Position numbers and translations under genes: made by a program. From positions 96,001-160,000 of IMG/VR virus record IMGVR_UViG_3300031992_000007: 64,000 nt of DNA. The stretch is one strand, 5' to 3'. This DNA comes from a virus. Lineage: Duplodnaviria > Caudoviricetes. The notes under the pieces were generated by a model. It saw nothing but the letters and a program-made list of their open reading frames with translations. It was not told where the DNA came from and ran no database searches. Shown here piece after piece: positions 29,526 to 40,016 of this stretch (position 1 is its first letter; each line of letters begins with the position of its first letter).

Positions 29526-29753
29526 TTATTTCAATACAGTTCGGATCTTGTCGAGCTTCGTGTTCGCTTTCTTAAGCTGTCTGCGAAGAAGTTTGGTTTC
29601 ATCGATGTTCTTGGCATTCGGCGAAGAAGCCTTGAGTCGACGAACCACTTCGAACAGCTTCGCCCTGGCTATGTCGTCGTTGAGGGAATGTCTACGCAGT
29701 TCCTCTTCGATCATGTTAGCCAGAGAAGCGTTAGATGCGTTCTCGTACCCCAT
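29526..29753 (-). CDS. Small hypothetical coiled-coil protein
   Basis: MGYENASN... start preceded by GAGGTG. Confidence 0.55.
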   Translation of the reverse strand: MGYENASNASLANMIEEELRRHSLNDDIARAKLFEVVRRLKASSPNAKNIDETKLLRRQLKKANTKLDKIRTVLK

Positions 29754-29761
29754 GTGACACC

Positions 29762-31129
29762 TCACATTCTAGGTTGTTGTGGCTTTTGAATGGGTTTGAT
29801 GGGAGGTTTAACAGGGAGTTCCCTCTGGTACCACCACAACCCTCCGTTGTATTCCGTAATTGTATCAGCTGCTTCAGGGGTAGCCCTTACTACAGCATCT
29901 CGAACATCCTGAAGCTTCGTAGTTTCATCGGCTTTGTACACACAGACTCTGTACCAACCAGAGTTGGTCAAAGTCCATCCAAGATAGAGCTTGATGATCT
30001 CGCCACTATCAGGGATGATGCAGTTGCTGGAAGTCGTGACTACCCTGAGCACATCAGGAAGGAATTGATGGTTGATCGCTAGTACAGGATACCCGCAGAA
30101 ATCCCTGTACGGGAAGATGCAAGCCTTGGTAGAGATGCTCGTTCCACGGTCAAGCCACTGCTTGATCACGATCGAGTTTTCTCTCATTCTCTGCAACCTC
30201 GTGTAAGGCTCCAGGGCTTCTGCTATTGGAGTAGGTTTCCTGACGCTAGGAAGTGGAAGTGGATAACAGTCTGGCTGTAACCCTGCAGCTTTCGGGTGTC
30301 CACTACCATCAAACATCTGAGCAATAGGCAAAATGATCTTGACGTTGTCCGGGCTGTAGAAAGAGCATCTCCACCTGCCGATGTTCGCCGTGTACTGTCC
30401 GGTGAACACTGCGTCGCAGTTGGATTTATCCACTCTGTCGAACACAGAGCTATTGCCGGTTCTTACACCCATGGCAAGAATGTTCTTCTTGCCTTCCGGA
30501 GTTGAAATAGAAGTGAAGTACGCAAGATCCTTGCAGTAGGTATCATCCCTAAGCTGGACGTACTTGTTGATGTGTCCGCCAGCTTCGAGTACCTGCTTAA
30601 GTCTTGCTGGGTTCTCTGCGATGAGATCTCTCCAGAAAGCATCGCCTGCTGGAGTACCAGGACGAATCTCCCACAGACCAAGTCCGTATGAAAGATCCTT
30701 AGTTCTTGGATCCTCGAACTTCCACAGATCGTAGTCGTTAACCAACTTAACGATAGTGGGCATAGTTTCTGCAGGCATGCCGTTGTGGAGATACATCCAC
30801 GTCAGTGCAGCACCGCAGTAGTCATCTCTGCGAATGCCATCGCACTGCATCCATCCAGGATCACGTGCGTAGATCTCGTCGTAGTTGGCTTTGTGATGGT
30901 CTATCCACACGATCTGTACATTGCGCTCTTTGAGGCGCATGAACTCATCGTAGTGCAGAGTGAAGTCAGTAACGAAGACCAAGTCACCAGGCTTGATACG
31001 GAAAAGGTTTCTGTACTTTCCGTAATTGGTGATCATCGGGATGGCGTTCGGGTAGACTGACTTCACAAGAGCTGCTGATAGAATTCCATCTGAGTCGGAG
31101 TGCGAAATCGCCCAGACTGTTCTTTCCAT
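29762..31129 (-). CDS. DHH-family phosphoesterase
   Basis: HSDSDG, VTDF, WIDHH, DYDLW and GSGHPKAAG (DHHA1-type GGGH variant). Confidence 0.88.
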   Translation of the reverse strand: MERTVWAISHSDSDGILSAALVKSVYPNAIPMITNYGKYRNLFRIKPGDLVFVTDFTLHYDEFMRLKERNVQIVWIDHHKANYDEIYARDPGWMQCDGIRRDDYCGAALTWMYLHNGMPAETMPTIVKLVNDYDLWKFEDPRTKDLSYGLGLWEIRPGTPAGDAFWRDLIAENPARLKQVLEAGGHINKYVQLRDDTYCKDLAYFTSISTPEGKKNILAMGVRTGNSSVFDRVDKSNCDAVFTGQYTANIGRWRCSFYSPDNVKIILPIAQMFDGSGHPKAAGLQPDCYPLPLPSVRKPTPIAEALEPYTRLQRMRENSIVIKQWLDRGTSISTKACIFPYRDFCGYPVLAINHQFLPDVLRVVTTSSNCIIPDSGEIIKLYLGWTLTNSGWYRVCVYKADETTKLQDVRDAVVRATPEAADTITEYNGGLWWYQRELPVKPPIKPIQKPQQPRM

Positions 31130-31198
31130 ATGTGTTGTCTCCTTCTGAGGTTTTAAAGATCATACTACGGAGACAAAAAGTGAAATAATAAAATAATG

Positions 31199-31525
31199 TC
31201 AGAGCTTCATCATGGTATTGAACTTCTCCACGGACAGAACGGCGATTATTTCACAGACACTCTTTCGCATGTATTCCAACGAAGCCTTTGTCCCACGTCT
31301 GAACTTCTTTTTGCTGTACAACTGCCATTTGCAAAAGAGATCTGGATTCCTCGTCATGTAGACGATGGACTGATCGAGGTAGTCTCGGCAGTTAGTCAGT
31401 TCCTTAATTGGGTCTTTACCGGCGGTCTTGAGCTGGGCAATTATCCTTGTGATGTCAGGACTCAAACGCCCAGCCGCATCAAGGACTGGACGTCGAGTTA
31501 TCTTTCTTATAAATTCGCAATTCAT
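31199..31525 (-). CDS. Hypothetical basic protein
   Basis: 108-aa ORF. Confidence 0.55.
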   Translation of the reverse strand: MNCEFIRKITRRPVLDAAGRLSPDITRIIAQLKTAGKDPIKELTNCRDYLDQSIVYMTRNPDLFCKWQLYSKKKFRRGTKASLEYMRKSVCEIIAVLSVEKFNTMMKL

Positions 31526-31623
31526 GTTTACCCCATACCAAATTAAATTCTACACGACTAGATTCTTGTATGAAACAAATCGTGCATACGATGGCAAACC
31601 CTTGTCTAACAAAGGAAGAAACA

Positions 31624-33318
31624 ATGAAACTCAAGTCAACCCCCGAAGAAGTCGATAAACAAACCGAACTCCCGCCGGTGGATGTGTCCTTCGTCGATTA
31701 CACAGTCGAAGTTGTGGACCCTTCCAAAACCATGCAGGAGAAGATCGCTCTCGCTGCTAGAACCTGCTACAGGAGCGAGGGTGGTAAGACCAGCGACAAG
31801 AACCTTATCGCTGGTTGTGTGAAGCGTGGTCACACGTCCGTTCTCGAACATGGAGCTCTCTCACTCTATCTCCCTGTTTCGCCTGATCCCGAAACAGCCA
31901 AGATGATCGCGACTGTTCTTGGTACCAAGGGTCAGCCGATTCCTCTCAGGAAGATCTGGGATCGACTCCCGGTTCTGTCTGGTCAGCGTTATTCCAGTCA
32001 GTTCAATGACTCGTCGATGTTCACGAAGCATTACGATGAACTGGATCCTGCGGTCAAGAAATACCCGAAGGATGCAGACATTGCACTTCCGGTTATCGTG
32101 GCGGACGTCCGGGCATGGAGGGACATCCTCTTTGAGCGTCTCTACATTGCCGACAACGTGACCAACGATCCGATCTCGTGGCTTGTCACGGTTGCTGTTG
32201 TGTTCAGGATGTACAATGTCATTCCTGAGGCATTCGGTGATCTCGTCGATGGTATCAACAAGAGGATCGCAAGCTTCAAGGTCGAGAGGCAGAAAGCTGA
32301 TCAGCAGCCCAGGTTCGCTCCGATCGAATCTCTCGTTCTCAACAAGCTTACGGACGAGGAACTGGATAATCCCTGTCTTGCCAAGTTCCTTGAAAAGTTC
32401 TTTGGAGAAGACTTCAAGGTCATCGTCGCAGATGCTGTCGATCCGTCCATGACTGTCACGATCGTACTCAATACTGATCGTGCGGTTACCCACGAACATG
32501 TCCGTCACCGTCGTGACGTTGGTTATTCGCAGGAATCCCAGCGTTACGTCAACTACGCGAAGAAGGGATACGAGTCCCTTAAGTTCACTTGTGATCCCGC
32601 CAAGGCTCCGGAAGGTGTCGAGGTTGGAATGTATGACGGTATCGTGGCTGAGGATGAAGTTGGCGCTCGAGTCTACGAGATGTCCGTTACCCAATCTTTC
32701 GCAGCATACGAGAAACTCATCGGGATGGGTTACCCGCCCGAGTGCGCTCGCAAGGTCCTCCCGAATGCCTGCCGTACGCAGATCGTCGTTACCTGGTTGC
32801 TCCCGATCGGGTTCTCGAACTTCATGCGTTGGCGCACGGAGAAGTTCGCGCAGTACGACATCCGTCTTGCTGCCGACAAGATCCTCTATCAGATGCTCAA
32901 GATGAAGCATCCGTTCCTCACCATCCTCGGCACTCGTGATCTCTATCACTGGTTCAACTGGATGAAGGAACAGAATATCTTCGACAAGGCGATCCTTGAT
33001 GAGATCGATAGTGCTCTTGCAGAGCGTTCTGCTGTGGAAGAGGAACTCATGCGTCAGGCTAAGGAAGCTCATGAAGCTGAGGAAGCCAGACGTATGGAGC
33101 AGATGAAGAAGATGACTGAAGGTGATGGGGTTGTCGTTGACGATCACACTACCAAGAAGCTTCCTTCGAACGCTGAACCTCCGGCAGTCGTGAATGTTGG
33201 TCACAATGATCAGTCTGCCACACCTTCTGAGCCTGTGACGGAACGTCCTGCAACGATCCAGCTCGAACCCAAGAAGGACAAGAGTGCAGAAGAACACATT
33301 GGTGATGTCCCGTGCTGA
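31624..33318 (+). CDS. thyX: Flavin-dependent thymidylate synthase with a large insertion and charged C-terminal tail
   Basis: AARTCYRS, GHTSVLEH, THEHVRHR..GYSQESQRYVNY, PECARKVLPNA..T, AQYDIR. Confidence 0.9.
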   Translation: MKLKSTPEEVDKQTELPPVDVSFVDYTVEVVDPSKTMQEKIALAARTCYRSEGGKTSDKNLIAGCVKRGHTSVLEHGALSLYLPVSPDPETAKMIATVLGTKGQPIPLRKIWDRLPVLSGQRYSSQFNDSSMFTKHYDELDPAVKKYPKDADIALPVIVADVRAWRDILFERLYIADNVTNDPISWLVTVAVVFRMYNVIPEAFGDLVDGINKRIASFKVERQKADQQPRFAPIESLVLNKLTDEELDNPCLAKFLEKFFGEDFKVIVADAVDPSMTVTIVLNTDRAVTHEHVRHRRDVGYSQESQRYVNYAKKGYESLKFTCDPAKAPEGVEVGMYDGIVAEDEVGARVYEMSVTQSFAAYEKLIGMGYPPECARKVLPNACRTQIVVTWLLPIGFSNFMRWRTEKFAQYDIRLAADKILYQMLKMKHPFLTILGTRDLYHWFNWMKEQNIFDKAILDEIDSALAERSAVEEELMRQAKEAHEAEEARRMEQMKKMTEGDGVVVDDHTTKKLPSNAEPPAVVNVGHNDQSATPSEPVTERPATIQLEPKKDKSAEEHIGDVPC

Positions 33319-33415
33319 TAAGATACAGACATAACTAGCACACCTTCCTACCCAGCCGAAGCTGGGTAGGTTGGTACTTTATAAAAACATTTTATGAACC
33401 AATCCCTAAGGAGGA

Positions 33416-33886
33416 ATGTTTATGTTTGAGAAGCTAGTTTCTAAACTCAGAGCTATTCCGGCTCTGGGTGTAATTAAAGAGATCGAGCATCTTGCGGGTG
33501 GTGTAGTTCCGAGGTTGTACCTTTACAAGGCAGTTCTGGTCAACTATGATGGAATAGAGCAAGTTCTTGCGTTCACCCCAAGTGAGTGGGATGACTGCAT
33601 CAGTAGATCTGATAAACACGGGTTTACTGCAAGTGCCGCTAGTAAAGAACTTTTTGCCACCGTTGAAAAGATCACATATACGGCCAACATCAGGAAGAAA
33701 CTTACAACGTGTGATGCCTATCTGCTCAAGGTAATACATGAAGGTATTTACTATTACCTCATGATGAGACCTTCTGATCTTAAGCAAGCTGTTGATCTGG
33801 GTATACGCGCAGAGCGCATGACTAAGATGCGCTGCGGAAAGTTCAAGAAATTCATTCGGAAAATAGGTCTGTTTATATTCGGTTAA
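33416..33886 (+). CDS. Hypothetical protein
   Basis: 156-aa ORF with an AGGAGG RBS. Confidence 0.65.
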   Translation: MFMFEKLVSKLRAIPALGVIKEIEHLAGGVVPRLYLYKAVLVNYDGIEQVLAFTPSEWDDCISRSDKHGFTASAASKELFATVEKITYTANIRKKLTTCDAYLLKVIHEGIYYYLMMRPSDLKQAVDLGIRAERMTKMRCGKFKKFIRKIGLFIFG

Positions 33887-33914
33887 TAGGAACGTGTTGA
33901 GAAAGGAGACTAAC

Positions 33915-34349
33915 ATGAAGCGAGTTTGGGAATTCCCTTCTGAGGGTAAGCTTAAACCCATCAAACAGGATAATCAATCGCCTGTCATGTATGCTGTTGC
34001 TCTTAAGTCTCCGAACATATTGTCTAACGACACAAGTCTCACGACGACAACTTCGAACCACATCTTTACGGAGAATGAAGTCAAACGAGCTGCGGTTAGG
34101 TTCTATGTAGAGACGGGAGAAACAGTGCGGAGGAAATTGGCTGTTGGATATGTAGGTGTAACTACCTTCTTCAACTCTCAGGGGGTGTTAGTGACTAGAC
34201 ATATAGTCAACCTGAAAGAACGAGGAGAAGTATTCACTGCACTGTTCAGCAGCAGAGAGTTCACTAGATCGATGGATCGGTTTAAGACAATGTTTCCCGA
34301 TACGCCACGTACCTGGAAAGAACGTATTCTTGGTTGGTTCAAAAAATAA
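33915..34349 (+). CDS. Hypothetical protein
   Basis: Start MKRVWE after an AGGAG RBS. Confidence 0.65.
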   Translation: MKRVWEFPSEGKLKPIKQDNQSPVMYAVALKSPNILSNDTSLTTTTSNHIFTENEVKRAAVRFYVETGETVRRKLAVGYVGVTTFFNSQGVLVTRHIVNLKERGEVFTALFSSREFTRSMDRFKTMFPDTPRTWKERILGWFKK

Positions 34350-34405
34350 AAGGCAGGCCACCCTGGACCCTTTCGGGTCCAGGGGGTCGCCCTTATTTGG
34401 CTCTC

Positions 34406-35455
34406 TTAGCTCAGCTTGATCGAATCCAGCTGTGCACCAAGAGTGGCACCGAGGTTCCCGAATCCACCCTCTGGCGCAGGCGTCGCTGCAGTGGTAACAG
34501 CTTCGGCCGGCGCCTCCTGAGTAGAAGGAATCTCTTCGGTGTTTTCCCTGAAGCGCGGAGGCTTCTTGCTCTTCGGCTTGTTGTTCGGCATCTCACGTTC
34601 CTCGCGGTCGCGACGATCACGACGCTCCTCACGAGGCTGCCTGCCACCACCACTCTGCTCCCTCTCGGGGGCAGCAGTCGTTCCACCAGGGCCCTGGGTG
34701 AACGACGAGGGCAGCGCTGCATCCGTAGCTGCGATGTTGTAATCGCAGATCGGATTCGAGCAGACATAATGACCTTGGCTATCCTTGGCCACATCAGACC
34801 CACACTCGCTGCAGGTCATGCTGCCATCTTCGGCGACCTTGATCCATTCGGGAATCTTTTCACGGACCCCGAGGAAGTCACCGAACAAGATCTTGACCGC
34901 GTCGTTAGACGTAGTCGTGATCCTGGCGATAGCCTTGGCGAACAGCGCGAACCGTTCGGCAAAGGTGCCACCGGTTCCAGCGGCCTCTTCTCTACGGGAC
35001 GGCCAAGCGGCATCCCTGACGTTGAAGAGGAATTTCTCCTCCGAGCTAAACTCGTGGAACTTTCGTCCCGCGAACCCGAAGAATGCATCAACAGCGTTCC
35101 GCTGCACACCGTTGGACGAGTATTTCGTCCTCCACTGATCTACCGTGTCGCCAAGCGGCTTCACGGAGAAGAACCGGAGGATTTCCCGGACGGACCCTTC
35201 AACGTCCTCCTCAGACAGGGACTCGGCTTCTGCGAGCCTCGTACCCAGTCGGATGAACATTGTCACCAACAACCCGCCTGCAGGACGGGGGTTGCCACGA
35301 GAGTCCATCTCGAAGCTTTTCGCCTTGATGGCGAAGCTGGTGATTAGGTTGGCGCTTTCGGCACCATAACCGGCGAACTCGTGTAGCCGGTTGTTCCACT
35401 CGACGATCCGATCTGCGTCGGACATCGGTGGACGGGGATTATGGTTTGTTTCCAT
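34406..35455 (-). CDS. Hypothetical early protein with zinc ribbon and disordered C-terminus
   Basis: CSECG...CSNPIC; TATATTAC upstream. Confidence 0.75.
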   Translation of the reverse strand: METNHNPRPPMSDADRIVEWNNRLHEFAGYGAESANLITSFAIKAKSFEMDSRGNPRPAGGLLVTMFIRLGTRLAEAESLSEEDVEGSVREILRFFSVKPLGDTVDQWRTKYSSNGVQRNAVDAFFGFAGRKFHEFSSEEKFLFNVRDAAWPSRREEAAGTGGTFAERFALFAKAIARITTTSNDAVKILFGDFLGVREKIPEWIKVAEDGSMTCSECGSDVAKDSQGHYVCSNPICDYNIAATDAALPSSFTQGPGGTTAAPEREQSGGGRQPREERRDRRDREEREMPNNKPKSKKPPRFRENTEEIPSTQEAPAEAVTTAATPAPEGGFGNLGATLGAQLDSIKLS

Positions 35456-35563
35456 AGTTTTCCTTTGACCTTGAACTTTGCATTGAGCTGATCAGACCCA
35501 ATACATTTTGACCTTATTTCAACAAGCAGCCACGTTTGCTACTTGAGGTGATCGATCACATAA

Positions 35564-35571
35564 GTAATATA
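35564..35571 (-). promoter_or_regulatory. Early promoter motif TATATTAC
   Basis: GTAATATA on + strand. Confidence 0.65.
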
Positions 35572-35632
35572 TAGGTAAAATAAATTGACAGACACCCTAG
35601 CCCGTGTAGGGCTAGGGTGCATATTAGGAGCA

Positions 35633-38600
35633 TTACGCTTCTTTCCACATAGCAAGCATGTCGTTCTCAAGCTTCTCCAATACAGAATTACACAGACCTT
35701 GGAGGAACGGACTTGTAATAAGACGTGCAAGTATGCCACGTCCACTTGTACAAGCCTCTACTTTCTCTCCATCCTCAGTCAAGATGTAATCATCGTATTT
35801 GGTAGACACTGTGCTCTTAAGAGCAGAGTCGAAGAACAACTTGTCGCCAGGATTCATCCCCTTGGTCTGCTTGATGTAGAACCTAAGGATTACGGTCTCC
35901 TCGGTAAGATCGACTGTACCTACCTTAGAGGTAGCAGCCAACGGAGCAGACTTCCTGAACTGGTTCGCGTTGTCACAACCAGCAGCTCTTTCGGCACGAG
36001 CGTCTTTGTCTTTGATCACGTGACGAACAAGCTTCTGTAAAGACGGACTCATCTGGGAGATTGGGCATTTGTACAACGCCTCGATCTTCATGATCGTTCC
36101 AGAGTGTCCTGCCTTAGGAGCCTGTCTATTCAGTTCACTAAGTTTCTCAGTGAGAACCTGGTCGTCTCCAGTATCGAACGGAAGAGCTGACTGATCGAAC
36201 ACGATAAGAGGTTCAGTGTTAAGAACATCCGTACCTAAGTCAGCGAACGAGTGAACGTTCGTGTCCTTAGTTATCACTATCTCCTTAACATGGATTGGGT
36301 TGAACACCATCTTGTCTGCAAGGGGTTGAGTGATGATGGACGCGTCCTCAACTGTGCCACCATTGTCGAGAATAGCAACCTTGGCTAGAATACCAAGTTT
36401 CATCTCAACTTGCTTATCGTAAGGATTGGCCTGGAAGAACTGCCTATTGTAGATCAAGATATCTCCTGGCTTGAACTTATCTCCAGCCTTGAAGTTATTG
36501 ACCACAACCTCCTGGTCGACGAAGAAACCATTGGCAGAGTTGTTAGTGGCTTCCGAACCAAAAGGTAGACAGACCTTCTTACCATCCTTGTAACGAATGA
36601 TCATCGTCCTGCTCTTCTCATCCACAGACTGTACAGTACCTTCACTCTGCGCAGCATAAGCAAAGTTTGGGTTAGTACACTTGTGAGCAACAACTCCTTC
36701 ATAACCGGTCTTCAGACGAGACACTTCGGATTCGGCTATCGGCACATAGTGCGACATCTGAATGTTGATGAAGTTCGCGCGCTTTGAATCGTCGGAGGTT
36801 GCACCAGGGACAAGAAGGCTAGTAATAGACAAGACATTCTCAGGTTCGAGTTTGTCTATGTCTGCCTCAGTCACGGCCATACCTCTGGCATTCGTGAAGA
36901 TAGGGTTGAAAGGAAGAGTTGCATTGAGGCCAGTAGTTCCATTATCGACAGTTGCCTCACTGACGATACCAAGTTGGTCGTCTGTGAACTGACGATCTGG
37001 AATCATGAATGTGTCATTGCTACGACCACCGTCACCAGCATTGGAGAACTTGGAGTACATCTTGATGTCATGGATCGGGTTGATCACGCTGACATTCTCC
37101 ACCAACTGATGATGCATGATACGCTGAGCAACAGCATACTCACTTATTGAGAACTTGTTAGATGAACCAACAGAACGATTCTTGTAGCCAGCGAAAGCAC
37201 GAGCCAACTCGTTGTACACCATACCAGTTATCTGTTCAACTCCACGGAAACGGAAGTTAGAAGCAGAAGCCGGATGCTTGTGCTCGGTGGTTGTAAGCAT
37301 CGCTACAGCACGGATGAGAAGGTCCCTGATGTCAGTAGGCTCTCTCATCTCACGGAGAACATCCTTGGTTGTAGGATCGATGAAGAGGTTGAACACCCCA
37401 TCGATACCCTTGATCATGTTAGGAGAGATTCCCTTCTGACTGAGCATGTCGTAGTAGACATCCTTGTCATCCATATCCTCAATAGAGAAGTTGCCAAGAT
37501 CGTAGATACTTAACCCACCGAACAGAAGAGCGTTAACTCTCGGGTTACGACGGATGATGAGCTTCTTATCCGAGAACTGGATGACGATATCAGAAATCCT
37601 CTTCTCCACACGGGCATTCTTGTCGAAGATCTCGTAGTCGACATTGCAGTACTTGAGCATGTTCCGCAATCCGTACTTGTAGCACAGCATGTGCGCAACA
37701 GGGATCACGTAGCTCATAATAGTAACCTGAGCATACTCGACCATCGAGTTGAATTCCATCCCAGTGATGTACTCCACGAAGTCCATGAAGGCTCCGTAGA
37801 AAGGTTCCGTATCAGGATCCTTGATGGATCTAGAGCAGACCTGTCCAGTTACGGTGATGAAGAAGTGTTCGTCTCCACGAGAACCGAACCACACTCCACA
37901 TTCCTTCTCCATCTTGGAGATCTCTTTCTTGAGAGCATCAGGAATGACAACCTCTCTGTTCATGATGTCGAAGAACATGAACCCACCCTGGAAGTCTATC
38001 CTGGTGTATTTGGATCCAAGTTCTGTCAACTCGAACGGGAAAGCTTTGATGGGGTATTTGCAGGAACCATGAGAAAGAGTGTACTTGAACCCAGCTTCAC
38101 CGGCTTTCTTAAGGGCTTTGTCGAACCAGGTCTTAAAGTCATGAGCAGCATTCGTGTTCCTCGTAACCAACAACTTGTTGTAGTTGGAGTTGAGGGTTAC
38201 ACGATCATCCTTGACTTTACAAATAGGATTTGAGACTCTCTGTTTGTGGATCGTCTTGACCGAGCCGTTGTCCAAGAAGTTGCCGTTCTTGTCAACCTTA
38301 GGAAGACTGAGCTTGAAGGAATGGTTCTTGTGGTTGAGGTCTTCGTACTTAACCTTGTAGACAGTCCTTGAGTTAAGGTCGTCAACCAAGTCTTCCTGTT
38401 GGAAGTCCACCAGGAACATACCCTGCTTATTAAAGGAAGTGAAGATCGCAGCCAAGTCCTTGTTCATCAGCTTATCGATGTACTGAGCATCCAAGTCAGC
38501 TGTAGTAGAACCTGCGAACATGTGTTCGTTAGTTCCACTGATAATAGCTTCCTTAGGCTGAGAGTCAAGAACTTTCTTCTCCTGTTTCTTGAGTTCAGGA

Positions 38601-39967
38601 GGAGGTTCAAGATCGAACTCAGGAACTTCAGTAAGAACCTGTTGGAAGGATTTGCCACCGATAGTAAGCTTCTTGTAGGAGGTGCTTATCTTCCTAGCAT
38701 GCTCCTTCTGAGCAGTTGACAGAGGTTTGTCATCTGCTGTTATGTTGGCGCTCAGGATGGCATCGAAGTCATCCAGTTCCTTCATGTCAATATCCGAAGC
38801 TTCCTGTTTTTCTTTGAGAGTCATCGGAGCTACGAACTCAGGCTGGTTGGCTTTGTTACCACCTTCTTCGACATCGACTATTTCCTCAGAGACTGACTCC
38901 GGTTCGGCAGTCTGGATGAAGGTAGAAGGAGCAGCACTTCCAGTAAGCATGTTCACATGGTTGATGACACGGATAATGCCGGAACCATTATGCCCTGCTA
39001 TCTCCTTAAGATCTCTGAGGTTGTAGATGATGAAGTTCTCTCCACAAGTAAGGAAGATGTTGATGTTCTCCAGCATCCTAGGAGGAAGGAATTCAAAGAT
39101 CGACTTCTTGTACGGATTCTCTGTATCCTTGAGAGTCAACTCTTCCATGGCACAGATGTTATCCGACTCCACGAAAGTCCTCACGTTTGTAAGGAACTCT
39201 TCGGAAGTAAGATCGGGATCGTAGGTAGAAGGATCGATAGCGAATGCTTCGATAGCCTTCTTGTCCTCTTCCTCTTCGCCCTCCATCTGTCCTCGTTTGG
39301 GCAAGGACATCGGTTTGGCTAACAAACCATACAGGTGTGCTAGGAACAAGTACGAGGATATCTCAGGGTATTTGGTAGAGATACGATCGTACTTCTTGAA
39401 GATCCTAACGAAGTCACTCTTCTCGAACCTAAGTGCTTCCAGAGGGATGTGGATATAATGCATCCTGTCAGGAGCAGTCATGATCGTGTTGAGGACATAG
39501 GCAAAAAGAAAGTTGAGGAATCTCGGCTTCCTTCTTATTCCCATGACTCTAGCACGGAAAATCGAGTTGTAGTTGACGAGAGGAAGAGTGTTGGGCCGAA
39601 TGGGCATCGACTTGATGTCATTGAACGGAAGCACTCTGCCCTTCATATCCCTTCTGTAAGCATTAAGCTGAGAGATCAGCCCGGATGCTGTCAACCTTAT
39701 CCTGTTCCTTACAACAGGGACAGTTTCGGGAAGAGACTCCATCCCAGTCACATGATGAACAAAGATCTTGTAGTTGTTCATCGTGGTGATAGGGTTGTCG
39801 AACGCAGGAGCGAAGTTGACCACACCCTGGTTCATTGGGAAGTTATCCAGCACATGAGCTATAGCACCAACAGGGAGTTCGGATAGTTCATTGATCTTGT
39901 GAAGTTCCTTGAACTGACCTTGACGGAAAGTCTGGAACCTGCGCCGGAATTGGGCGAATTTGATCAT
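35633..39967 (-). CDS. Virion RNA polymerase beta-like subunit (phiKZ gp178-like)
   Basis: 1444 aa; QRVSNPICK..LNSNYNK, GDGGRS, VSEATVDNG..G, DDSKRANFINIQMSH, EDAS, GDKL..LKS motifs. Confidence 0.9.
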   Translation of the reverse strand: MIKFAQFRRRFQTFRQGQFKELHKINELSELPVGAIAHVLDNFPMNQGVVNFAPAFDNPITTMNNYKIFVHHVTGMESLPETVPVVRNRIRLTASGLISQLNAYRRDMKGRVLPFNDIKSMPIRPNTLPLVNYNSIFRARVMGIRRKPRFLNFLFAYVLNTIMTAPDRMHYIHIPLEALRFEKSDFVRIFKKYDRISTKYPEISSYLFLAHLYGLLAKPMSLPKRGQMEGEEEEDKKAIEAFAIDPSTYDPDLTSEEFLTNVRTFVESDNICAMEELTLKDTENPYKKSIFEFLPPRMLENINIFLTCGENFIIYNLRDLKEIAGHNGSGIIRVINHVNMLTGSAAPSTFIQTAEPESVSEEIVDVEEGGNKANQPEFVAPMTLKEKQEASDIDMKELDDFDAILSANITADDKPLSTAQKEHARKISTSYKKLTIGGKSFQQVLTEVPEFDLEPPPELKKQEKKVLDSQPKEAIISGTNEHMFAGSTTADLDAQYIDKLMNKDLAAIFTSFNKQGMFLVDFQQEDLVDDLNSRTVYKVKYEDLNHKNHSFKLSLPKVDKNGNFLDNGSVKTIHKQRVSNPICKVKDDRVTLNSNYNKLLVTRNTNAAHDFKTWFDKALKKAGEAGFKYTLSHGSCKYPIKAFPFELTELGSKYTRIDFQGGFMFFDIMNREVVIPDALKKEISKMEKECGVWFGSRGDEHFFITVTGQVCSRSIKDPDTEPFYGAFMDFVEYITGMEFNSMVEYAQVTIMSYVIPVAHMLCYKYGLRNMLKYCNVDYEIFDKNARVEKRISDIVIQFSDKKLIIRRNPRVNALLFGGLSIYDLGNFSIEDMDDKDVYYDMLSQKGISPNMIKGIDGVFNLFIDPTTKDVLREMREPTDIRDLLIRAVAMLTTTEHKHPASASNFRFRGVEQITGMVYNELARAFAGYKNRSVGSSNKFSISEYAVAQRIMHHQLVENVSVINPIHDIKMYSKFSNAGDGGRSNDTFMIPDRQFTDDQLGIVSEATVDNGTTGLNATLPFNPIFTNARGMAVTEADIDKLEPENVLSITSLLVPGATSDDSKRANFINIQMSHYVPIAESEVSRLKTGYEGVVAHKCTNPNFAYAAQSEGTVQSVDEKSRTMIIRYKDGKKVCLPFGSEATNNSANGFFVDQEVVVNNFKAGDKFKPGDILIYNRQFFQANPYDKQVEMKLGILAKVAILDNGGTVEDASIITQPLADKMVFNPIHVKEIVITKDTNVHSFADLGTDVLNTEPLIVFDQSALPFDTGDDQVLTEKLSELNRQAPKAGHSGTIMKIEALYKCPISQMSPSLQKLVRHVIKDKDARAERAAGCDNANQFRKSAPLAATSKVGTVDLTEETVILRFYIKQTKGMNPGDKLFFDSALKSTVSTKYDDYILTEDGEKVEACTSGRGILARLITSPFLQGLCNSVLEKLENDMLAMWKEA

Positions 39968-40016
39968 TGGTCTTTACTCCTTTCTAAATAAAAGAAAAGC
40001 ATACGATGGCTGACTA

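Noticed and set aside
37317-37345. AGGCTCTCT inside the RNAP gene as a cassette acceptor site
   Set aside because: It is an imperfect anchor, antisense to the coding strand, with no paired in-phase AGGTG.
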